64,000 nt of DNA from Balanoglossus misakiensis. Taxonomy: Eukaryota > Animalia > Hemichordata. The position numbers were made by a program, and so were the translations under genes. The stretch covers positions 1,006,814 through 1,070,813 of the forward strand of contig CM082585.2 in assembly GCA_040954595.2 (NCBI GenBank), read 5' to 3'. The notes under the pieces are model-generated. The model searched no databases. It saw nothing but the letters and a program-made list of their open reading frames with translations, and was not told the DNA's origin. Shown here piece after piece: positions 1 to 11,900 of this stretch. Every line of letters begins with the position of its first letter. Positions within the stretch are counted from its first letter, which is position 1.

Positions 1-310
1 AATCACTAAATGAGACCACAGTGTCCTTGACGCTATTTTTTGCGATTTTCAATGACCCTGGGGTAACCTTTGACCAGCTTTCATATATCTTGGTATTCAC
101 AGCAGAATACAGCCTTGGCATACCCTGGTAACCATGGGAACCGTTTGGGCCCAACCAATGGTGCTGGCAGCGTTAATTTTTAAATGATTTCTTCTTGTCG
201 TTTTCTTTATCAATATGATGACTTGACCTAATCAGATTATTAAAATAATTTCATTCTTTTTTTACATTAGGTTCTTTGGTAACACTGCTGCTGGAGGGAG
301 TGTAATATTT

Positions 311-1068
311 GTAACGACGTCGCCACCTAATACTGTACTGGAGGTATGAACTTAAACTTGTAACGACGCCGCCACCTAATACTGTACTGGAGAGATGAAG
401 TTAATACTTGTAACGACGCCGCCACCTAATACTGTACTGGAGAGATGAAGTTAATACTTGTAACGACGCCGCCACCTAATACTGTACTGGAGAGATGAAC
501 TTAATACTTGTAACGACGCCGCCACCTAATACTGTACTGGAGAGATGAACTTAATACTTGTAACGACGCCGCCACCTAATACTGTACTGGAGAGATGAAC
601 TTAATACTTGTAACGACGCCGCCACCTAATACTGTACTGGAGAGATGAAGTTAATACTTGTAACGACGCCGCCACCTAATACTGTACTGGAGAGATGAAG
701 TTAATACTTGTAACGACGCCGCCACCTAATACTGTACTGGAGAGATGAAGTTAATACTTGTAACGACGCCGCCACCTAATACTGTACTGGAGAGATGAAG
801 TTAATACTTGTAACGACGCCGCCACCTAATACTGTACTGGAGGGATGAACTTAAACTTGTAACGACGCCGCCACCTAATACTGTACTGGAGAGATGAAGT
901 TAATACTTGTAACGACGCCGCCACCTAATACTGTACTGGAGAGATGAAGTTAATACTTGTAACGCCGCCGCCACCTAATACTGTACTGGAGAGATGAACT
1001 TAATACTTGTAACGACGCCGCCACCTTATACTGTACTGGAGGGATGAACTTAAACCTGTAACGACGCC
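311..1068. repeat. 50-bp minisatellite, about 15 copies
   Basis: Unit GTAACGACGCCGCCACCTAATACTGTACTGGAGAGATGAA(G/C)TTAATACTT recurs with period 50 (49 in a few copies). Confidence 0.95.
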
Positions 1069-1254
1069 AGATGATGCTCCTGTGACCAGAGGGATGAACG
1101 ACGCCATGATTTGTTGATCTGATCTAATTAATAATATTCATTCTTTTTTTTCAATAGGTTCATTGGTATTATCATCGCCGGAGGGAGTCTAATCAATATC
1201 TACAACAACGCCGCACCAGATAACAATATCAAAACCAGAGGGATGCTGTCAATA

Positions 1255-1430
1255 GGTTAGGCTAATAAAAATGGTTTAATCTGAGGGAATGGTAAAGGGT
1301 TGGTGTATGAATATGTTAGGGTAATAAAAAATGGTATAATCTAACGGAATGGTGAAGGGTTGGTGTATAAACAGGTTAGGCTAATAAAAATGGTATAATC
1401 TAATGAAATGGTGAAGGGTTGGTGTATGAT
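1255..1430. repeat. Diverged ~60-bp tandem repeat (3 copies), followed by AT-rich low-complexity DNA to about 1810
   Basis: TAATAAAAAATGGT(A/T)TAATCT...AATGGT(G/A)AAGGGTTGGTGTAT at about 1263, 1322 and 1382. Confidence 0.8.
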
Positions 1431-1850
1431 GACTAATAAGACATTGTGCACAAGGGTACTATAATAAAACTGTCTGCAAGGGTATAATATTATGGTTTCA
1501 AGGGTATGATAAGTAATTAAAATACTATAAAAACATGAGTAATGCCACGTGGTAAATAAAAACTGTACATGTACAGAGGGTAAATACCGGTATAATATAT
1601 AAAGGTGTTAACATCAATGGTGTAATAATAAAAAAATGGGTAACACATGGTTTTGGTGGTATAATAATAATAAAATGGTATTAACTTGATGGTATAAACA
1701 TTATGGGATGTGTATAAACGGTGTTAATATTACAAAGGTATAATGATTAGTTGGGGTGTAATAATAAGAAATTTAAAATCATTGGGTAATTTATTAGTGT
1801 CAGGTTGGGTAAAATAATTGTTGCTATGCATTCGTGTAATAATTGTCTGC

Positions 1851-2048
1851 GGATTTTTTGCAGCGTTACCCGCGTTCGCGTTCTTCATTGCAGGTCGCTC
1901 GTCATGTAATGGAATTTCGCCGTGTGCCCGTTTGATTCGCCGATGGATTTTTTACAACGTTACCCGCGTTCGCGTTCTTCATCGCAGTTGGATCGTCGTG
2001 TAATGGAATTTCGCCGTGTGCCCGTTTGATTCGCCGATGGATTTTTTG
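1851..2048. repeat. 94-bp CpG-rich tandem duplication
   Basis: GGATTTTTT at 1851, 1945 and 2039; CGTTACCCGCGTTCGCGTTCTTCAT at 1864 and 1958. Confidence 0.85.
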
Positions 2049-2474
2049 CTTTCGTCATCGTAATTCCCGCATCAACACGAATCCTCAATCTCGCGTAACA
2101 ACAATACATCAAAATGTACACAGAAAAATAGGAGTCGGCAAGACAATTCTGGTTAGTTTGAGCCCCAACCTTTTAAAATTCACAACGGGGGAGGGGGCAG
2201 TTTTTCCTCATTTTATATTTGGCTCGAGGTTTTTAACTGTCCCCAGGCGCGTAAAGTTAGTTAGTTTATCACACAGTATGTAATTATCTTGCTTGATTTA
2301 AAAAAACACTAAAATTGTATGGGGGAGCTTCTTGCGATTTGCACTTAAGAAACTGATGGTTTGTACCCATAGATAATATTTAGTATTAAGCACATAATTG
2401 CCTGGAAATAAAAATTAACTCAAGGGTAGAATGCAACAGTTAATTTTGTGCAATATCAACAGGAGCTATTTTGG

Positions 2475-2581
2475 CACATTATTTCAGTTTGATAAACACT
2501 GTTTTTGCTCATTGTTTCATTTCGACCACATTATTTCAGTTTGATAAACACTGTTTTTGCTTATTGTTTCATTTCAACCAC
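2475..2581. repeat. 53-bp tandem duplication
   Basis: CACATTATTTCAGTTTGATAAACACTGTTTTTGCT.ATTGTTTCATTTC.AC occurs twice. Confidence 0.85.
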
Positions 2582-2991
2582 TTTTGTCACCTTGTTTTAA
2601 ATTGAATGCAAGCATTGTTTCTGTTTGACCACTACTTGGGGTAATTGTTCCAAATTGGTATGCAAGATATTTTACATCAGCAGTTAGCCATCTAGCCACA
2701 CTTTAGCTGCACAGCATATGAAAAATAATGAAATTCATGCAAAAAGCAAAAAAGTATTATGGGTATAATGCCATTGCAGCATTGGCGGTTCGACTCCGTC
2801 GATACTTACTTTGAAGCATAAGTCTTCATTATTTTTCATATGTAATAAATAAAACTCTTCCAAATTCATATCTTTGTTTTAAGTTTGTGCTTTTGCTTCA
2901 GTTAGGGGGCCCACATTTACCAAACCTGTCTTGCCATCTTTTCACATTTCTTCAAATATGCAGCGCCAGCGGTAGGCAGTATTTGATCAAA

Positions 2992-5900
2992 TTGACCCAC
3001 AAATCACTCAAAATTAATAGGCAGGATACTGTCCACTCTGGCCTGGTTACTGTCTGGCCTGCTTAATGTTGACGCAAAGGTTGACCCCACCAAACACTCA
3101 AAATTAATAGGCAGCATACTGGCCACTCTGGCCTAGTTAATGTTGACGCAAAGGTTGACCCCCACCAAACACTCAAAATTAATGGGCACGATACTGGCCA
3201 CTCTGGCCTAGTTAATGTTGACGCAAAGGTTGACCCCACCAAACACTCAAAATTAATGGGCAGAACACTGTCCACTACGGCCTGGTTATTGTGTGCTCTG
3301 GTTAATGTTGACGCAAAGGTTGACCCCACCAAACACTCAAAATCAATGGGCAGCATACTGTCCACTATGGCCTGGTTACTGTGTGCTCTGGTTAATGTTG
3401 ATGCAAAGGTTGACCCCACCAAACACTCAAAATTAATGGGCAGAACACTGTCCACTATGGCCTGGTTACTGTGTGCTCTGGTTAATGTTGATGCAAAGGT
3501 TGACCCCACCAAACACTCAAAATTAATGGGCAGGATACTGGCCACTCTGGCCTAGTTAATGTTGACGCAAAGGTTGACCCCCACCAAACACTCAAAATTA
3601 ATGGGCACGATACTGGCCACTCTGGCCTAGTTAATGTTGACGCAAAGGTTGACCCCACCAAACACTCAAAATTAATGGGCAGCACACTGTCCACTACGGC
3701 CTGGTTACTGTGTGCTCTGGTTAATGTTGATGCAAAGGTTGACCCCACCAAACACTCAAAATTAATGGGCAGAACACTGTCCACAATGGCCTGGTTACTG
3801 TATGCTCTGGTTAATGTTGACGCAAAGGTTGACCCCACCAAACACTCAAAATTAATGGGCAGCACACTGTCCACTATGGCCTGGTTACTGTGTGCTCTGG
3901 TTAATGTTGACGCAAAGGTTGACCCCACCAAACACTCAAAATTAATGGGCAGAACACTGTCCACTACGGCCTGGTTACTGTGTGGTCTGGTTAATGTTGA
4001 CGCAAAGGTTGACCCCACCAAACACTCAAAATTAATGGGCAGAACACTGTCCACTATGGCCTGGTTACTGTGTGCTCTGGTTAATGTTGACGCAAAGGTT
4101 GACCCCACCAAACACTCAAAATTAATGGGCACGATACTGGCCACTCTGGCCTAGTTAATGTTGACGCAAAGGTTGACCCCACCAAACACTCAAAATTAAT
4201 GGGCACGATACTGGCCACTCTGGCCTAGTTAATGTTGACGGAAAGGTTGACCCCACCAAACACTCAAAATTAATGGGCACGATACTGGCCACTCTGGCCT
4301 AGTTAATGTTGACGCAAAGGTTGACCCCACCTAACACTCAAAATTAATGGGCAGAACACTGTCCACTATGGCCTGGTTACTCTGTGCTCTGGTTAATGTT
4401 GACGCAAAGGTTGACCCCACCAAACACTCAAAATTAATGGGCAGCACACTGTCCACTATGGCCTGGTTACTGTGTGCTCTGGTTAATGTTGACGCAAAGG
4501 TTGACCCCACCAAACACTCAAAATTAATGGGCAGAACACTGTCCACTACGGCCTGGTTACTGTGTGCTCTGGTTAATGTTGACGCAAAGGTTGACCCCAC
4601 CAAACACTCAATATTAATGGGCAGAACACTGTCCACTACGGCCTGGTTACTGTGTGCTCTGGTTAATGTTGACGCAAAGGTTGACCCCACCAAACACTCA
4701 AAATTAATGGGCAGCACACTGTCCACTATGGCCTGGTTACTGTGTGCTCTGGTTAATGTTGACGCAAAGGTTGACCCCACCAAACACTCAAAATTAATGG
4801 GCAGGATACTGTCCACTACGGCCTGGTTACTGTGTGCTCTGGTTAATGTTGACGCAAAGGTTGACCCCACCAAACACTCAAAATTAATGGGCAGAACACT
4901 GTCCACTACGGCCTGGTTACTGTGTGCTCTGGTTAATGTTGACGCAAAGGTTGACCCCACCAAACACTCAAAATTAATGGGCAGAACACTGTCCACTATG
5001 GCCTGGTTACTGTGTGCTCTGGTTAATGTTGACGCAAAGGTTGACCCCACCAAACACTCAAAATTAATGGGCAGCACACTGTCCACTATGGCCTGGTTAC
5101 TGTGTGCTCTGGTTAATGTTGACGCAAAGGTTGACCCCACCAAACACTCAAAATTAATGGGCAGAACACTGTCCACTACGGCCTGGTTACTGTGTGCTCT
5201 GGTTAATGTTGACGCAAAGGTTGACCCCACCAAACACTCAAAATTAATGGGCAGCACACTGTCCACTATGGCCTGGTTACTGTGTGCTCTGGTTAATGTT
5301 GACGCAAAGGTTGACCCCACCAAACACTCAAAATTAATGGGCAGAACACTGTCCACTACGGCCTGGTTACTGTGTGCTCTGGTTAATGTTGACGCAAAGG
5401 TTGACCCCACCAAACACTCAAAATTAATGGGCAGCACACTGTCCACTATGGCCTGGTTACTGTGTGCTCTGGTTAATGTTGACGCAAAGGTTGACCCCAC
5501 CAAACACTCAAAATTAATGGGCAGAACACAGTCCACTACGGCCTGGTTACTGTGTGCTCTGGTTAATGTTGACGCAAAGGTTGACCCCACCAAACACTCA
5601 AAATTAATGGGCAGAACACTGTCCACTATGGCCTGGTTACTGTGTGCTCTGGTTAATGTTGACGCAAAGGTTGACCCCACCAAACACTCAAAATTAATGG
5701 GCAGAACACTGTCCACTACGGCCTGGTTACTGTGTGCTCTGGTTAATGTTGACGCAAAGGTTGACCCCACCAAACACTCTAAATTAATGGGCAGAACACT
5801 GTCCACTATGGCCTGGTTACTGTGTGCTCTGGTTAATGTTGACGCAAAGGTTGACCCCACCAAACACTCAAAATTAATGGGCAGCACACTGTCCACTATG

Positions 5901-8900
5901 GCCTGGTTACTGTGTGCTCTGGTTAATGTTGACGCAAAGGTTGACCCCACCAAACACTCAAAATTAATGGGCAGAACACTGTCCACTACGGCCTGGTTAC
6001 TGTGTGCTCTGGTTAATGTTGACGCAAAGGTTGACCCCCACCAAACACTCAAAATTTATGGGCACGATACTGGCCACTCTGGCCTAGTTAATGTTGACGC
6101 AAAGGTTGACCCCACCAAACACTCAAAATTAATGGGCACGATACTGGCCACTCTGGCCTAGTTAATGTTGACGCAAAGGTTGACCCCACCTAACACTCAA
6201 AATTAATGGGCAGAACACTGTCCACTATGGCCTGGTTACTCTGTGCTCTGGTTAATGTTGACGCAAAGGTTGACCCCACCAAACACTCAAAATTAATGGG
6301 CAGCACACTGTCCACTATGGCCTGGTTACTGTGTGCTCTGGTTAATGTTGACGCAAAGGTTGACCCCACCAAACACTCAAAATTAATGGGCAGAACACTG
6401 TCCACTACGGCCTGGTTACTGTGTGCTCTGGTTAATGTTGACGCAAAGGTTGACCCCACCAAACACTCAAAATTAATGGGCAGCACACTGTCCACTATGG
6501 CCTGGTTACTGTGTGCTCTGGTTAATGTTGACGCAAAGGTTGACCCCACCAAACACTCAAAATTAATGGGCAGGATACTGTCCACTACGGCCTGGTTACT
6601 GTGTGCTCTGGTTAATGTTGACGCAAAGGTTGACCCCACCAAACACTCAAAATTAATGGGCAGAACACTGTCCACTACGGCCTGGTTACTGTGTGCTCTG
6701 GTTAATGTTGACGCAAAGGTTGACCCCACCAAACACTCAAAATTAATGGGCAGCACACTGTCCACTATGGCCTGGTTACTGTGTGCTCTGGTTAATGTTG
6801 ACGCAAAGGTTGACCCCACCAAACACTCAAAATTAATGGGCAGCACACTGTCCACTATGGCCTGGTTACTGTGTGCTCTGGTTAATGTTGACGCAAAGGT
6901 TGACCCCACCAAACACTCAAAATTAATGGGCAGAACACTGTCCACTACGGCCTGGTTACTGTGTGCTCTGGTTAATGTTGACGCAAAGGTTGACCCCACC
7001 AAACACTCAAAATTAATGGGCAGAACACTGTCCACTAAGGCCTGGTTACTGTGTGCTCTGGTTAATGTTGACGCAAAGGTTGACCCCACCAAACACTCAA
7101 AATTAATGGGCAGAACACTGTCCACTACGGCCTGGTTACTGTGTGCTCTGGTTAATGTTGACGCAAAGGTTGACCCCACCAAACACTCAAAATTAATGGG
7201 CAGAACACTGTCCACTACGGCCTGGTTACTGTGTGCTCTGGTTAATGTTGACGCAAAGGTTGACCCCACCAAACACTCAAAATTAATGGGCAGAACACTG
7301 TCCACTACGGCCTGGTTACTGTGTGCTCTGGTTAATGTTGACGCAAAGGTTGACCCCACCAAACACTCAAAATTAATGGGCAGAACACTGTCCACTATGG
7401 CCTGGTTACTGTGTGCTCTGGTTAATGTTGACGCAAAGGTTGACCCCACCAAACACTCAAAATTAATGGGCAGAACACTGTCCACTACGGCCTGGTTACT
7501 GTGTGCTCTGGTTAATGTTGACGCAAAGGTTGACCCCACCAAACACTCACAATTAATGGGCAGCACACTGTCCACTATGGCCTGGTTACTGTGTGCTCTG
7601 GTTAATGTTGACGCAAAGGTTGACCCCACCAAACACTCAAAATTAATGGGCAGAACACTGTCCACTACGGCCTGGTTACTGTGTGCTCTGGTTAATGTTG
7701 ACGCAAAGGTTGACCCCACCAAACACTCAAAATTAATGGGCAGAACACTGTCCACTATGGCCTGGTTACTGTGTGCTCTGGTTAATGTTGACGCAAAGGT
7801 TGACCCCACCAAACACTCAAAATTAATGGGCAGAACACTGTCCACTACGGCCTGGTTACTGTGTGCTCTGGTTAATGTTGACGCAAAGGTTGACCCCACC
7901 AAACACTCAAAATTAATGGGCAGAACACTGTCCACTATGGCCTGGTTACTGTGTGCTCTGGTTAATGTTGACGCAAAGGTTGACCCCACCAAACACTCAA
8001 AATTAATGGGCAGCACACTGTCCACTATGGCCTGGTTACTGTGTGCTCTGGTTAATGTTGACGCAAAGGTTGACCCCACCAAACACTCAAAATTAATGGG
8101 CAGAACACTGTCCACTACGGCCTGGTTACTGTGTGCTCTGGTTAATGTTGACGCAAAGGTTGACCCCCACCAAACACTCAAAATTTATGGGCACGATACT
8201 GGCCACTCTGGCCTAGTTAATGTTGACGCAAAGGTTGACCCCACCAAACACTCAAAATTAATGGGCACGATACTGGCCACTCTGGCCTAGTTAATGTTGA
8301 CGCAAAGGTTGACCCCACCAAACACTCAAAATTAATGGGCACGATACTGGCCACTCTGGCCTAGTTAATGTTGACGCAAAGGTTGACCCCACCAAACACT
8401 CAAAATTAATGGGCACGATACTGGCCACTCTGGCCTAGTTAATGTTGACGCAAAGGTTGACCCCACCAAACACTCAAAATTAATGGGCACGATACTGGCC
8501 ACTCTGGCCTAGTTAATGTTGACGCAAAGGTTGACCCCACCAAACACTCAAAATTAATGGGCAGAACACTGTCCACTACGGCCTGGTTACTGTGTGCTCT
8601 GGTTAATGTTGACGCAAAGGTTGACCCCACCAAACACTCAAAATTAATGGGCAGAACACTGTCCACTCGACCTGGTTACTGTGTGCTCTGGTTAATGTTG
8701 ACGCAAAGGTTGACCCCACCAAACACTCAAAATTAATGGGCAGAACACTGTCCACTACGGCCTGGTTACTGTGTGCTCTGGTTAATGTTGACGCAAAGGT
8801 TGACCCCACCAAACACTCAAAATTAATGGGCAGCACACTGTCCACTATGGCCTGGTTACTGTGTGCTCTGGTTAATGTTGACGCAAAGGTTGACCCCACC

Positions 8901-11900
8901 AAACACTCAAAATTAATGGGCAGAACACTGTCCACTACGGCCTGGTTCCTGTGTGCTCTGGTTAATGTTGACGCAAAGGTTGACCCCACCAAACACTCAA
9001 AATTAATGGGCAGAACACTGTCCACTACGGCCTGGTTACTGTGTGCTCTGGTTAATGTTGACGCAAAGGTTGACCCCACCAAACACTCAAAATTAATGGG
9101 CAGAACACTGTCCACTACGGCCTGGTTACTGTGTGCTCTGGTTAATGTTGACGCAAAGGTTGACCCCACCAAACACTCAAAATTAATGGGCAGAACACTG
9201 TCCACTATGGCCTGGTTACTGTGTGCTCTGGTTAATGTTGACGCAAAGGTTGACCCCACCAAACACTCAAAATTAATGGGCAGAACACTGTCCACTACGG
9301 CCTGGTTACTGTGTGCTCTGGTTAATGTTGACGCAAAGGTTGACCCCACCAAACACTCAAAATTAATGGGCAGCACACTGTCCACTATGGCCTGGTTACT
9401 GTGTGCTCTGGTTAATGTTGACGCAAAGGTTGACCCCACCAAACACTCAAAATTAATGGGCAGAACACTGTCCACTACGGCCTGGTTACTGTGTGCTCTG
9501 GTTAATGTTGACGCAAAGGTTGACCCCACCAAACACTCAAAATTAATGGGCAGAACACTGTCCACTATGGCCTGGTTACTGTGTGCTCTGGTTAATGTTG
9601 ACGCAAAGGTTGACCCCACCAAACACTCAAAATTAATGGGCAGAACACTGTCCACTACGGCCTGGTTACTGTGTGCTCTGGTTAATGTTGACGCAAAGGT
9701 TGACCCCACCAAACACTCAAAATTAATGGGCAGAACACTGTCCACTATGGCCTGGTTACTGTGTGCTCTGGTTAATGTTGACGCAAAGGTTGACCCCACC
9801 AAACACTCAAAATTAATGGGCAGCACACTGTCCACTATGGCCTGGTTACTGTGTGCTCTGGTTAATGTTGACGCAAAGGTTGACCCCACCAAACACTCAA
9901 AATTAATGGGCAGAACACTGTCCACTACGGCCTGGTTACTGTGTGCTCTGGTTAATGTTGACGCAAAGGTTGACCCCCACCAAACACTCAAAATTTATGG
10001 GCACGATACTGGCCACTCTGGCCTAGTTAATGTTGACGCAAAGGTTGACCCCACCAAACACTCAAAATTAATGGGCAGAACACTGTCCACTATGGCCTGG
10101 TTACTGTGTGCTCTGGTTAATGTTGACGCAAAGGTTGACCCCCACCAAACACTCAAAATTTATGGGCACGATACTGGCCACTCTGGCCTAGTTAATGTTG
10201 ACGCAAAGGTTGACCCCACCAAACACTCAAAATTAATGGGCACGATACTGGCCACTCTGGCCTAGTTAATGTTGACGCAAAGGTTGACCCCACCAAACAC
10301 TCAAAATTAATGGGCACGATACTGGCCACTCTGGCCTAGTTAATGTTGACGCAAAGGTTGACCCCACCAAACACTCAAAATTAATGGGCACGATACTGGC
10401 CACTCTGGCCTAGTTAATGTTGACGCAAAGGTTGACCCCACCAAACACTCAAAATTAATGGGCACGATACTGGCCACTCTGGCCTAGTTAATGTTGACGC
10501 AAAGGTTGACCCCACCAAACACTCAAAATTAATGGGCAGAACACTGTCCACTACGGCCTGGTTACTGTGTGCTCTGGTTAATGTTGACGCAAAGGTTGAC
10601 CCCACCAAACACTCAAAATTAATGGGCAGAACACTGTCCACTCGACCTGGTTACTGTGTGCTCTGGTTAATGTTGACGCAAAGGTTGACCCCACCAAACA
10701 CTCAAAATTAATGGGCAGAACACTGTCCACTACGGCCTGGTTACTGTGTGCTCTGGTTAATGTTGACGCAAAGGTTGACCCCACCAAACACTCAAAATTA
10801 ATGGGCAGCACACTGTCCACTATGGCCTGGTTACTGTGTGCTCTGGTTAATGTTGACGCAAAGGTTGACCCCACCAAACACTCAAAATTAATGGGCAGAA
10901 CACTGTCCACTACGGCCTGGTTACTGTGTGCTCTGGTTAATGTTGACGCAAAGGTTGACCCCACCAAACACTCAAAATTAATGGGCAGAACACTGTCCAC
11001 TACGGCCTGGTTACTGTGTGCTCTGGTTAATGTTGACGCAAAGGTTGACCCCACCAAACACTCAAAATTAATGGGCAGAACACTGTCCACTACGGCCTGG
11101 TTACTGTGTGCTCTGGTTAATGTTGACGCAAAGGTTGACCCCACCAAACACTCAAAATTAATGGGCAGAACACTGTCCACTATGGCCTGGTTACTGTGTG
11201 CTCTGGTTAATGTTGACGCAAAGGTTGACCCCACCAAACACTCAAAATTAATGGGCAGAACACTGTCCACTACGGCTTGGTTACTGTGTGCTCTGGTTAA
11301 TGTTGACGCAAAGGTTGACCCCACCAAACACTCAAAATTAATGGGCAGCACACTGTCCTCTATGGCCTGGTTACTGTGTGCTCTGGTTAATGTTGACGCA
11401 AAGGTTGACCCCACCAAACACTCAAAATTAATGGGCAGAACACTGTCCACTACGGCCTGGTTACTGTGTGCTCTGGTTAATGTTGACGCAAAGGTTGACC
11501 CCACCAAACACTCAAAATTAATGGGCAGAACACTGTCCACTATGGCCTGGTTACTGTGTGCTCTGGTTAATGTTGACGCAAAGGTTGACCCCACCAAACA
11601 CTCAAAATTAATGGGCAGAACACTGTCCACTACGGCCTGGTTACTGTGTGCTCTGGTTAATGTTGACGCAAAGGTTGACCCCACCAAACACTCAAAATTA
11701 ATGGGCAGAACACTGTCCACTATGGCCTGGTTACTGTGTGCTCTGGTTAATGTTGACGCAAAGGTTGACCCCACCAAACACTCAAAATTAATGGGCAGCA
11801 CGTGGTCCACTATGGCCTGGTTACTGTGTGCTCTGGTTAATGTTGACGCAAAGGTTGACCCCACCAAACACTCAAAATTAATGGGCAGAACACTGTCCAC

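Noticed and set aside
1818-2283. Short ORFs 1818-2003 and 2026-2283
   Set aside because: They overlap a 94-bp duplication, start at non-ATG codons and show no domain signal.
2760-2805. tRNA gene around GGTTCGACTCC
   Set aside because: Only a B-box-like motif is present; I could not build an acceptor stem or cloverleaf.
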